DNA of 64,000 nucleotides. Source: Mayamaea pseudoterrestris. Taxonomy: Eukaryota. The position numbers were made by a program, and so were the translations under genes. The notes under the pieces are model-generated. The model did not search any database, was not told the origin of the DNA, and saw only the letters and a list, made by a program, of their open reading frames with translations. The stretch spans positions 186,001 through 250,000 of the forward strand of contig BROI01000024.1 of NCBI GenBank assembly GCA_027923505.1, written 5' to 3'. Positions 47,641-58,108 of this stretch are shown here, in pieces (position 1 is the stretch's first letter; every line of letters begins with the position of its first letter).

Positions 47641-49299
47641 ATGACGGAGAGTTCCGATGCCGACGTCAAAGTTGACGACACAGACAATACAAACAACACC
47701 GAGGAAACAACGGAAGACGCGTCGAAGCATGATGGCGACGATGCAGCTGCTCCACAAGAAGAGTCTGCTCCAGCTATAGAATCGACGGCCACCAGTCCGC
47801 CTCCGGCATCACCGACGGAACAATCTCCAAAATCCAAGCGCGAAAGCATTCGCGCTCGACTGCGCGCGCAGGAGCAACGTCTCTCTAGTTTGGTGCGATC
47901 GACGAGCGGGGATGGACTCGGTGGCGGTGCTGGTCTCATGGATCAAATGAAGTCGGTTCGGGAATCACTCAAGCAAATGGAGGAGGAGAAATCACAGCTC
48001 GAGCAGGAACTCGTTCGACTCAAGGGTGCGACGGACGATGACGACTACTTGAAGGAAAAGATGGGTTCCATTCAGGAAGGTTTTGAAAAGCAGGTGAAGA
48101 AGATTCAGTCGCTACAAGATGAAGTGGACGATAAGAATAACGAGATTGACTTGTTGCGTACGCAGCTCGTCATGAAGCTGCAACGCATTGTTGAATTGGA
48201 GTTTGATCTTGAGACACATGAGGTCCATTACACGACCTATGCGGCCGATCAATTTAAGCTTGGTGAGGAGGCTTTGCAGGAGCTCAAAATGGAGAGTCAA
48301 ACGAACTTGAACGAAAGCACATCGTCGTTGGCGGCTGATGGGATGGACGCCGACGGCAAGCCAAAGAAGCTAACTCCACGTCGCGCACAAAAGCTTATCA
48401 GCAAACTCCTTTCGGACTTGGATAATCTCGAAATACGTTACAAGGAAGAAAAGCTTCGGAGTGCGTCTGTCACGGAAAAGCTCAAGATTGAAAAGTCGGA
48501 CTTGGAGATGCGGTGTCAGCTGTTGGAAAATTCTGCTAGGAACCGCGGCGAAGCGGTGGAAGGCGACGATTCCAGCGAGGAAAAGCTACCCTCGATTGAT
48601 AGCATTGGCATGTATGCTTTACGCAAACGGTGCGAGACGCTGGAGGCCCGAATGAGGCTGCAAAAGAAGGAGCTTGTCAAGCTGCATCAGGAGATTGACG
48701 ACACGAAGCGAAATGCCAATGATGACTTGAGGAGGGCAGAGATTGAACTGGAGCATTTGAACGCAGAAAACGAAGCTCTGAAGACTCGACTGCGCGAGTT
48801 TGAGGACAAGAAGAAACAAAGGCTGTCTATTCGTAAGAAGAAGGAAGACAAGAGCAGCGAAATCTATGCCGGCATCGAGGAGAAGATCAATAGCCACACT
48901 GACAAGCTCATGGCCATGGAAAGCTCCATTGAAATTAAGAACCGACAGATTGATACTTTGAAAAAGGAAGTCACAAATTTGCGTCTCCGCGAAATATCAG
49001 AGGGGAAAATTAAGGGATCCAAGTTTACGTCCAAGGATAGCGAAGTCCTTCGTTCCGGCCCTGCTCGCAGCAGTGGCATTGGCATGGGTGAAGGAGTGGA
49101 TAACGATTACATTAAAGATCTGCAGCGGCAGCTCCAGGAGTCCCAGCAGCAGCTTGTCAAGAAGGACCAAGAACTTGTGATTGAACGTGCCAAGGCAGCA
49201 TCAACAGCCGCGGGCCTGCTGGCAAGAATAACCGAGTTGACAGGAAAGAAAGCGGACGAAAGGGGAGGCAAACAGGTGCCTCTCCGATTCTATCTGTAG
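47641..49299 (+). CDS. Uncharacterised coiled-coil protein
   Basis: Long heptad-rich ORF with ATG at 47641; no known domain recognised. Confidence 0.8.
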   Translation: MTESSDADVKVDDTDNTNNTEETTEDASKHDGDDAAAPQEESAPAIESTATSPPPASPTEQSPKSKRESIRARLRAQEQRLSSLVRSTSGDGLGGGAGLMDQMKSVRESLKQMEEEKSQLEQELVRLKGATDDDDYLKEKMGSIQEGFEKQVKKIQSLQDEVDDKNNEIDLLRTQLVMKLQRIVELEFDLETHEVHYTTYAADQFKLGEEALQELKMESQTNLNESTSSLAADGMDADGKPKKLTPRRAQKLISKLLSDLDNLEIRYKEEKLRSASVTEKLKIEKSDLEMRCQLLENSARNRGEAVEGDDSSEEKLPSIDSIGMYALRKRCETLEARMRLQKKELVKLHQEIDDTKRNANDDLRRAEIELEHLNAENEALKTRLREFEDKKKQRLSIRKKKEDKSSEIYAGIEEKINSHTDKLMAMESSIEIKNRQIDTLKKEVTNLRLREISEGKIKGSKFTSKDSEVLRSGPARSSGIGMGEGVDNDYIKDLQRQLQESQQQLVKKDQELVIERAKAASTAAGLLARITELTGKKADERGGKQVPLRFYL

Positions 49300-49590
49300 A
49301 AAAAGCATTTGCTAGCATGGTTGCCATGCTGTGAGTTTATTCCATATAAGGATGCTATGTAAATTTATAGTCAATCATGCGCCTTGCTATAGAAGACAGT
49401 TGTTTGTGTGGGAGCTGCTATATTTAAGCCATCTTACATATTCTGTGCCAGCTAAATAGTCAAACGTTGTGTATGCTCAAGTGCATACGAGTTCCATACC
49501 CGTCTGCCTTTTATCTTGGTAAGGGGGGATTACGTTTAAAAGAACGAAAGCAAGCTACAAAACAGCAATGGTATAATACGACAACACTAA

Positions 49591-50475
49591 TTAAATGCCT
49601 CCCTCCTGCGCTAACGCTGCCTGCAAAGTTTCAATAGTATTCATTTGCTTTTCATGGATCCGTTGCAATTCCTCCAATTTGGCTTCCGAGTCTTCCAACT
49701 CTGCTTCAAGCTCCTCCACTGTCGTTTGATTCACAGCCTTGGCACGAAGCGCTTGCAGAGTCTTTAAATTCTCACGAATCCTCGTTTCATAGTCAAGCTG
49801 CATGTCTCGCTTCTGCTCCTGCAAAACGCTCATTTGCTTGCGAAGTTCCAGCTCCGTGCGGCAGCGTGCTTCCACAAGCTGGGCAATTTCGCGGGTCAGT
49901 CCATCAACCGTTTCCACCGACTGTTTTTCAAGGTCCTTCATCTGTTCATTCGTCGCCTCCATCTTCTTGACTGCCTTTTGCAACTGTGAGTGAAGCTTTT
50001 GAACATACTGCGCGTCGACGCCGCCCTTGGGAGCAACACCCTTGATGAGATTGGCGTACTCGTGAATGGCCGCCTTATCCTGCATGTCCGTCTCCAAAGC
50101 CTTTAATCGCTCGGCCGCGTTATCAGTCTGGCGCTTGATTCGCTCCGATTCAATCTTGTGGACAAGACCTTCCTTCATTTGCGTCAGCTTTTCGTCAGCG
50201 AGCTGATTCTCAATCTCCTTTAGTTCATTGGATTTCTCCAAACGAGCCTTTTCAATGGTACTAATCATGGCGTCACGATCCTGGACTTGCTCCTCGAGCT
50301 GCAAACGTGTCGGGTCAATGTCGACTTCGTCCTCAATCTTCATGGTGACTTCCTTCTTGTCGTCAACCACTGGAGCGGCTGGAGGCGGTTGTGGAATAGT
50401 CGCAGCCGATGCGTCAATCTGCTCGGGAGCAGCAGGAGCAGCTGGCTCTTCCTTCTTTCCAAAACCAAAGACCAT
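49591..50475 (-). CDS. Uncharacterised coiled-coil protein (apparent paralogue of 53469..54578)
   Basis: 294-aa E/K/Q-rich ORF with coding-like composition. Confidence 0.8.
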   Translation of the reverse strand: MVFGFGKKEEPAAPAAPEQIDASAATIPQPPPAAPVVDDKKEVTMKIEDEVDIDPTRLQLEEQVQDRDAMISTIEKARLEKSNELKEIENQLADEKLTQMKEGLVHKIESERIKRQTDNAAERLKALETDMQDKAAIHEYANLIKGVAPKGGVDAQYVQKLHSQLQKAVKKMEATNEQMKDLEKQSVETVDGLTREIAQLVEARCRTELELRKQMSVLQEQKRDMQLDYETRIRENLKTLQALRAKAVNQTTVEELEAELEDSEAKLEELQRIHEKQMNTIETLQAALAQEGGI

Positions 50476-50722
50476 TGTATGTTTGCTGCTTGTGATGATT
50501 GTAAGTGCCTGCTACTGATTGCTAATGATCAAATGTCTCCGGTGTGGCTGCTGCCGCATATTGCGGCATGGCGAAATCGCGAGGGTCATCCTTCGAGTCA
50601 CGGAGCGATGCAAAATGACTTGCCGCGCCAGCCGGTTTACAGTCGTACCGGTACTTAAATCTTTTTTCCGCACATCACGCTCGTCAAATCACCATGGCGA
50701 TTCTCTTTCATCTTCGCTAAAA

Positions 50723-52082
50723 ATGATGCACACGCCTATAGCACCCACGATCAACAGCGTGGCAGCAACTGGCCGTCAACCTACGGTCATTGTGATTGGC
50801 GCCTGCTGCCTAGATCGAATCCTCACCGTCGAAATGTATCCGACACCCGACAGCAAGGTGCGAACGACGCGCTACGACGAAGTCGGAGGCGGAAACGCTG
50901 CCAATACGGCAACGGCCATGGCACTACTGGCTGATGCATCTTGTTTTCAGGCGTTTCAGTCGGTTCGTGTAATCGACGAGGACCAAACAAAATTATGGGA
51001 TGAAGATTAAACTTGTCAGCAAGGTTGGCGACGACACCATTGCAGACACTTTGCTGGAGAATTTAAACAAGGCTGGAGTAGATACAACGTACGTCTTTCG
51101 AGCACCCAATACAACGACGAGTGTGACAACTGTCATTGTTGATTCATCGGAGCATACGCGAACCTGCCTACATACTCTTGGAACCTGCGGAGAGCTGACA
51201 GCAGACGAGACAAGAGTAGTCATGGACAAGCTCTTGACGGACGGATCTGTCATTCACGTGCACTCGGACGGTCGTCATGCGGAGGCTGCTTTACTGTTGG
51301 CGCGTGAAGCGAGGCTACGGAACATTCCACTATCAGTCGATATTGAAAAGGATCGACATTCCATAGAGGTGGATTGGCTATTGAAAAACTCTACGCTTTT
51401 GTTTACCAATTCAAACCAAATGGGTGACTATCTGGCTCGCCTTGAACGGCAATATATGGAATCCAGCCCGCAGAAGAGTCCTTGGAAGGATTCACCAGCC
51501 ATTGGCAAGGCTGCCAACCTTTCTCAAGCAGGGCTCAACGTCTATTTGAAAGCATTGGGACCGAGTGCTTTCTTGACTCGATGGTATCCCATGCCTGGAA
51601 AGGAAATTGTCATTACACAAGGCAGTCGTGGAGCGCTTTGTATGCGCTGCCATTCCATTACCAAGGAGGATGACTACGAAAATTTGGATTCAAGAAACGA
51701 TGTATCAATTGCCTACAATGCTGACGACGATTTTATTGATATTCTTCAAAATACGTCTGAAAGCAAGTCACAAATATAGACATCTGCAAATTACCATCTC
51801 TGGGCGGTTGGCCCGCTTAAGAATGCTACAGTGATTGACACTACTGGCGCTGGAGACGCTTTTATTGCTGGATATTTGATGTCTCATCTCAGTGCAACGC
51901 GCGATGCGATTCCGACAAGCCTCCGATGCGGAACATGGGTGAGTGGTCGCAAACTTGGCGGAGTTGGTGCTCAGTCGGCACTTCCGACGGCCAATGACGT
52001 GCACGATTGCCTCGGGTCTACGATGCAGGAAGTGGCAGCGTCACTACGACGTAATATTTCGCCGTTTCGATTTGATGAGTGA
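50723..52082 (+). pseudogene. PfkB-family carbohydrate kinase disrupted by a frameshift (~50975-51000) and an in-frame TAG (51777-51779)
   Basis: The fragments read VIGACCLD..GGGNAANTA / SKVGDD..GVDT..HSDGRH..SVDIEK..ITQGSRGA / IDTTGAGDAF. There is no intron-sized GT-AG interval at either break. Confidence 0.7.
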
Positions 52083-52475
52083 AACAACTATTGAAACTTT
52101 GCCGAGCACCATCTTTCGGGCCGCGTAATGGTTTATAACAGTGAGATGTCTGGAGCAGGAACTGGACTTGTCAACCCAGAGGCCTTTTCTCTGGGGTGCT
52201 ATCTCGGCCACAATGGTTACATATAAGATCGTTTTTTCAGCTAGTGCATTGCTCTCTTAGAGCTCGGTATGACCCCTTGCGTAGTACCTAAAAGTACTGA
52301 TTAACTTCGTTGAATTGCTACGATAGATATTGTAATGACTGGACTACGTATCATAGCTGACGGTGCTGCGGCTTCCCATGACTTTGTCTTGAAGCGGCAA
52401 TGAAAAGACACACCGCGGAAATTTGTGGTTCGTTTCCTCTCATTTTTTCTTTGCCATTCACCAAATACAACCACT

Positions 52476-53327
52476 ATGAACGGCGGCCCAAAGGACAATG
52501 CCAATCCAGTCGTCAAAGCTGTCGATAATAGGCAGTCAGCTCGGGCAAAAAAGAGAAGGCCTTTAGGATGGGATGAACTCCAGCGAATCAGCGCCGATCC
52601 CATTGCCACAGTGTCAATCGACGACCCGAACACATGGACGACGGAACACTTGCAGCCGCAAGTCGAAATCAAACGAACTCCGGAAGATATCGCAGTGATG
52701 CAGGCTCTCGCGGATGTTTCAGCCATGACTGGAGGGAAAGGTGTGTCTCTGCTGACGCGAGCTGGAATTGTCATTCCATCGCGTGATCAGATTGCGTGGC
52801 AGCCGTCGTTTGACCATTCAGATTTGATGGCGACCAAGCCGGATGATATTGAGATGGACGAGCAATCTTTCGATGAATACGAACGCGATCCTTTGGAATC
52901 TGATGAAGTCTTTGACATTATTCGAAACATTCAGGATCCAGAACACCCGCTGACGTTGGAGCAACTCGGTGTCGTGAGTCGCGAGCAGATTGTCGTGCAA
53001 GACCTTTTGGATGTGCCGATGAATGAAAGAAATAGCAGCAGCAGCAGCAGCAAGTCTGTCAGTTCGCTTCACGTTCGGTTCACTCCGACGGTTCCGCATT
53101 GCTCCATGGCGACGTTGATTGGTCTTGCCATTCAAGTAAAGCTGCATCGGTCGCTTCCTCGACGCTTCAAGGTGAAGATTTCAATCGAGCCTGGAACGCA
53201 CCAGAGCGAAACCGCAGTCAACAAGCAGCTGCAGGACAAGGAGCGAGTCTGCGCGGCTCTTGAAAATCCGCACTTGCTCAAGATAGTTAACAAGTGCATA
53301 TTGGATGGCATGGAGTCTACCATGTAG
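52476..53327 (+). CDS. CIA2: Cytosolic iron-sulfur assembly component CIA2/MIP18 (FAM96 family)
   Basis: [45 protein letters not shown] and [16 protein letters not shown]. Confidence 0.93.
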   Translation: MNGGPKDNANPVVKAVDNRQSARAKKRRPLGWDELQRISADPIATVSIDDPNTWTTEHLQPQVEIKRTPEDIAVMQALADVSAMTGGKGVSLLTRAGIVIPSRDQIAWQPSFDHSDLMATKPDDIEMDEQSFDEYERDPLESDEVFDIIRNIQDPEHPLTLEQLGVVSREQIVVQDLLDVPMNERNSSSSSSKSVSSLHVRFTPTVPHCSMATLIGLAIQVKLHRSLPRRFKVKISIEPGTHQSETAVNKQLQDKERVCAALENPHLLKIVNKCILDGMESTM

Positions 53328-53468
53328 ATTCTTTTGCGTTAAATATGGGCAGTAATAGCAATCACAGTAAGTTTTGTATCAAGCCGCAGAAACATTACAT
53401 ACCGGTATACGTGTAGAATGTAAAAGATGATTACAAAGCTTCGTAGTACGTTATAGGAGTCAGATCGA

Positions 53469-54578
53469 CTAAGTACCGTCAGAGTTGTCGACCTCCTCGT
53501 CGTCGTCTTCCTCTCTATCGTCCTCATCTTCAGTCTCGCTTTCAGGGACGGATGCTTCTTCTTTTGAAGCTTGTTCGAAAGGTAATTCCGCAGATTCCGT
53601 CGCATCCTTCTTTATCAACCCATTCGATGCGACATTGTGAGACGAATATTGCTCGTCATCAACATGCTCCGTCTCGTCTCCTTCACTTTCCGAATCATCG
53701 TCATCGTCATAACTCATGCCCAGCTCCTCCGATGGTGTCGATTCGAATTCGTTGGAAGCGTCGGGATTGTCTATTCGTCGTTTCAGTGAAGATATTTGTC
53801 GAAGCTGCTTGTCATTTTGCTTCTCCAAACTGGCAATCTTTTCCTTTTGCTCATGCAGCATGGTCATCAACTCTTGTTTGGCCTCCTTCATTTCCTCGTC
53901 CTCTTCTTCGTCGTTACTGTCTTGCTCATTCTCATCATTGGATTCTTCTTCTTCGTCGTCGCTGCCTTTGGACTTTTCGTCCATGTCGTCTTCGAGTTGC
54001 GCAATTTCCTTTTGTATTTCCGCCAATTGCTCCTTGAAACCATTCTCAATTTCTCTCGTTTCGGTATCCTCCTTGACGAGCGAATTCATGAATTCAAGTT
54101 CCACTTTGGTTCGCTCCTCCTCGACGTAGACTAGTGCATCCCGCAGCTGCTTGACCAAACCATCTGCATGTAGATTGGCAAGTTGCAACTGATGATCGAC
54201 AATCCCTTGACTATGCATGGCCTTGCACAGTTGCGCTTGCATTTGCATGACAAAACTAGAATCAGTTGGTTGCTGCTTGTCCTGCTGCTTTTGAACCATG
54301 GCCACATACTTTTTGAGCGACGCCATTTGCTGGTGCAAGTCACGCGTCAGTTGCTCCAGTTGTTTAATGGTTTCAGCATGAGTATGCTGCCACTCGATGC
54401 GCTCGCCTTGCTGCTCCATGGCTTCATTCTCGCGATCGTCCTTGACTTTTTCTAGTTCCGAATGCAGCTGCGTCTGCTTGGTTTCGTAGTATGACAGCTT
54501 GACTTTGAGCAGTTCGATGCGAGTCTCGCGCTCGGCCATCATTTGCCGGAGTAGTTCGACTTCCATAGAGTCTGACAT
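53469..54578 (-). CDS. Uncharacterised coiled-coil protein with acidic tail
   Basis: 369-aa ORF that aligns without gaps to part of 49591..50475. Confidence 0.8.
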   Translation of the reverse strand: MSDSMEVELLRQMMAERETRIELLKVKLSYYETKQTQLHSELEKVKDDRENEAMEQQGERIEWQHTHAETIKQLEQLTRDLHQQMASLKKYVAMVQKQQDKQQPTDSSFVMQMQAQLCKAMHSQGIVDHQLQLANLHADGLVKQLRDALVYVEEERTKVELEFMNSLVKEDTETREIENGFKEQLAEIQKEIAQLEDDMDEKSKGSDDEEEESNDENEQDSNDEEEDEEMKEAKQELMTMLHEQKEKIASLEKQNDKQLRQISSLKRRIDNPDASNEFESTPSEELGMSYDDDDDSESEGDETEHVDDEQYSSHNVASNGLIKKDATESAELPFEQASKEEASVPESETEDEDDREEDDDEEVDNSDGT

Positions 54579-54884
54579 TTTATATTGCTATAATTTACTA
54601 TTTTCGCTTGACAGCAAGTGAAACGGAAATATCGACGATAGGCGAACCTGGAGAAGATGCAATGGGCTACATAGTAATGCCAAGCGAGCTGTGCGGTCGT
54701 GGTCGATGAGCGCGAAAACCGCTCAAAACCGCTGTGACTCAAAGTAACCAAAACCTTTGCGACACGCAAAGCGACTGGCGCTCGCCAACCTGTTTGCTCG
54801 CATCATTCATCGACCATGGCCATTGACTGCGCAACGGCAGTTCCCATTGGTTAATTCTCATCAAGCTGATCATCCTTTGCATCC

Positions 54885-56268
54885 ATGGCTCCTCCCAACG
54901 AAATTCGCAATCGAAAGACGTCGACCAATAACAAGAAGAAGCAAAAGGACAGCAGTAGTAACAATGCGACAGCAGCAGCAAGACGCACTAGTAGTACTAC
55001 TACAACGAGAGAAACTTCTCCTCGGGAACCAGAAACACTATGGGAAACCTTTAAAACGCATCCATTCGTCGTCGCTGCTCCATATATACTCATTCCCTAC
55101 TTTTTGTACAAACTCGGACTCTTGATATTGTTGCGACGACCGGATATTTTCAGGGGACTGCTAGAGCTGCGTCCGGCCGTGCGTATGAATGAGACGCGGC
55201 AAGTATTGATTCTCGGAGCCATTGGAAGCGGAACCAAACAAGTGACGGAAGGTTTGTCAAAGGTGATGAAGCTCGAGCTTGCGCATGAAGGAACCAACTC
55301 GCTGGAGGTATGTTATCTTCTTGGCATGAGGTGCATGTCTGCTGGCGCGCCAGTCTTCTATCCCCTCACACAACATTCTCCTCCCACAGCAATTTACAAG
55401 AGACGGAACAGTATCCAACTTTCTCGGAATCCGCTACGCTCCAACCTCATACAGTCGCGAACGACTCTCGTCCATGCTCAGCAATACGTGCTTGACAAAG
55501 ACCAAGGCATCGGGAAGTGTGTTTAGCTTGACAAACTACAAACCTACTGATTGCTGGCCCTGGCCAATCAATAATCAAACTTGTCGGCAACGAGAGTGTC
55601 TACAGTTTGTCGGCAGCGAGCTTGGCTGTGGACTAAATAATGCCTGTACCACACCGTTTGCTCGCGTCATTCATTTGGTCAGGCATCCCATTCACGTGCT
55701 CCAGCAACTTGTACCAAAGCTTTGTCCCGGCAATATTACAGCGACAAAGGCAGTGTATCCAGCTTTTCGACAAATGGCTGGCGTCTTTGTTTCAAATGAA
55801 GGCGACTCGCTGTGCGTCGCAAGCTTGGCGTGGTACTTGGTGGAGTACAATCGCGCCATGATTGACGCCCGCAAGCAGAAACACATCCATGCGATGCTGC
55901 AGTACGAGTCGCTGTCGCTGTGTCAGCTGGCACTTGCGGCTGGCTTTGGTGATGTTGATACGGCAATATATGCTTCCACTGTGGACAAGGTGCAACGACT
56001 CTGCCACAGTGATGAGTCTGCACCTACTGATAGCAAGGCGACAGATGCGCACCAATCATTGCCGCACCTTGAAACCAAATCGTCGGATCCAACGATGAAA
56101 CTTGCGACGCTTAGCTGGAATGATTTTGATGCCGTTGGTGGAACAGCCTTGGTCAGGGCACTCAAGGATTTATGCAGGGATCTTGAATACGATCCTGATG
56201 CTCCGTTCGTACATGCCGTTGCCGACGAAAATACTGCGACCACAACAGACGAAAAGGTCTTAATTTAA
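54885..56268 (+). CDS. Membrane-anchored sulfotransferase-like (P-loop) protein (intron 55308-55389)
   Basis: TM segment, then VLILGAIGSGTKQV (5'-PSB-like loop), LAHE...RDGTVS and RVIHLVRHP (3'-PB-like). The intron restores the frame. Confidence 0.6.
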
Positions 56269-56372
56269 ATAAAGGGATGGTTTGCTAATTGGAGAGGATT
56301 ACTCGTGCACGATGATAGATAGTAAATTATGTGAAGCGGCAATCTGACTGTAACCAAATTCCCTAGCATTGT

Positions 56373-57563
56373 TCACTGCGGCGTCGACAAGCCATTCAGC
56401 GACACCAAGCTCACATCATACTGCAACGTTGCATTCGGCGGTATGTTCCGTCGAGGCATTCCCTTGGCGCCGTACGCGAGTGCGGGCGGAATAATTAATC
56501 GCCGCCGTTCACCGACACACATTCCGTACATTCCAACGTCCCAACCGGGAGGAAACTGACCAAACGGTTGCTTGTTCAAGACAAAGTAGAGTGTCACGTC
56601 ATTACCTCGACCAGGAATGCCTTGGTTATTGATCTTGACGGCTGATCCGTCGAATATTTGGCCCGTCTCCAAGACGCGACCAACGTAGGAAATTTCCAGT
56701 AAATCATCCGTGTCTGCTCCTTTGCGGCACATGGTTGGAGCTACCAGTTGCGTCACGGAAATGCGTTGATCGGTTTGCGTCGTTTCGACACGATTCTGCT
56801 TGACGGATCCGTCGGCGTTGCGCTGCGTCGTGTCGCCCGCCGGCGCTACCTGCGTGGTGACTGACTCGCCCGGCGCCAGTGTTTGCAGCTTGTCTCGAAA
56901 GGCGGATGGATCGCGAAAGGTCATGGTAATAGTATTCGCATTTTTATTGCTCGTGGCTACTTGTATCATGCGAGCAACGCCTTCGGCATTGGTTCGTTCG
57001 GTGGACTGATTGTTGACGCGCACAACGACGGAATCAGCCGAGATGCCTAGCTTGCTTCCCAAACAACCCGGCTTGACTGACTTGACAAAGACTCGTAGAT
57101 TGGTTCGAAACTCAATATCTTTTAGCTCTAGACCCAGTCCTCCATATTGAATCAAGTCTTGCTTGGAAAAGGTGACCGTAATTTCGTCCGAAGCTGCCGC
57201 AGGTTCTGCTGCGAAAGGTCGATCAGCAGCAGCAGCAGTAGTAGAAGAGGAAGACTGCGCTGACCACCAGTTATCGGCAAACCTGTCCGTCTCATCTGTA
57301 ACTGCAGCATGTGCCGGATCCATGGCAGTAGCGCCAAGACCAGATGCGGTCGTGATTGCCAAGAGAACTTGCCGTCGATGAAGCAGTGATGGATTGACAA
57401 GCTGATGCGGCTTTTTTAATGATGGAGTCTGCAGCATTTGAAAAGACACATTGTCGTAATATTGGCCTTGACTGAGACCACTAATGTTATGAACGCATGC
57501 AGCTATACATAGAAAAGGAAGTAAAAGCTTGGCAGTAAGCATATGGAACCTCATCGTCGCCAT
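56373..57563 (-). CDS. PDZ + FKBP-type peptidyl-prolyl isomerase, likely thylakoid-lumen targeted
   Basis: FKBP motifs ISYVG..FDGS and GWDVGMYGMCVGERRRLIIPPALAYG...IPPNATLQYDV; PDZ-like GLGLEL...VVVRVNN; signal peptide followed by a twin-Arg segment RRQVLL...PAHA. Confidence 0.88.
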   Translation of the reverse strand: MATMRFHMLTAKLLLPFLCIAACVHNISGLSQGQYYDNVSFQMLQTPSLKKPHQLVNPSLLHRRQVLLAITTASGLGATAMDPAHAAVTDETDRFADNWWSAQSSSSTTAAAADRPFAAEPAAASDEITVTFSKQDLIQYGGLGLELKDIEFRTNLRVFVKSVKPGCLGSKLGISADSVVVRVNNQSTERTNAEGVARMIQVATSNKNANTITMTFRDPSAFRDKLQTLAPGESVTTQVAPAGDTTQRNADGSVKQNRVETTQTDQRISVTQLVAPTMCRKGADTDDLLEISYVGRVLETGQIFDGSAVKINNQGIPGRGNDVTLYFVLNKQPFGQFPPGWDVGMYGMCVGERRRLIIPPALAYGAKGMPRRNIPPNATLQYDVSLVSLNGLSTPQ

Positions 57564-57658
57564 GGTAAATGGATGAGTGCAAGATCCAATCCAATCCAGC
57601 GATGATGTGAGTGTCGCACAGGCATTGTTCTGACGCGGTGCGACACTACTGGTTTTCG

Positions 57659-58080
57659 ACCCTGGCAACTTAACAACCCAATCAGTTAGGCAAAACATGT
57701 CCAGGGTGTTCCATTGACATGAGCATGGGGCATCAAATGGTGCAAAAAGGACTGCCTGGAAGCCTACAGGTACACCATGGAATGGTCAACACAATGGGTA
57801 CAGCCAACACCCCAAGTTATGCAAACATACCACTAGGATCCCCCATACCATGATCACTCAACGACCAAATGAGTTAGGCAAAACATGTCCAGAGGTGTGC
57901 CATTGACATGAGCATGGTCTCAAATGGTGCAAAAAGGATTGCATGGAAGCGTACACCATGAAATGGTCTACACTATAGTCATGGTCAACACACCAAGTTA
58001 TGGATTTATACCAATAGGACGCCCCATGCCCTGGCCACTCAACGACCCAATGAGTCAGGCAAAACATGTCCAGGGTGTGT
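57659..58080. repeat. Degenerate tandem repeat, ~185-bp unit, ~2.3 copies
   Basis: The anchor GGCAAAACATGTCCAG occurs at 57689, 57877 and 58058 (periods 188 and 181). The units also share the blocks ccattgacatgagcatgg, caaatggtgcaaaaagga and ccaagttatg. Confidence 0.92.
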
Positions 58081-58108
58081 TATAATAGTCTGCTATATAT
58101 TTAGTGAG

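Noticed and set aside
11550..51779. Stop-codon reassignment suggested by the in-frame TAA (copine) and TAG (PfkB)
   Set aside because: Many intact genes here end at TAA or TAG at their expected C-termini, so the standard genetic code applies.
52174..52195. CCCAGAG-N7-CTCTGGG hairpin as a terminator
   Set aside because: A short stem expected by chance; bacterial-type intrinsic terminators are not relevant in this nuclear context.
57858..58067. ORF MFCLTHWVVEWPG and the similar N-terminal extension MFCLTDWVVKLPG on the FKBP ORF
   Set aside because: Both are translations of the tandem-repeat unit. The FKBP signal peptide begins at the later Met (57563).
57659..58080. Possible CRISPR-like array
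   Set aside because: The whole ~185-bp units are homologous, with no unique spacers. No cas genes are present and the context is eukaryotic.
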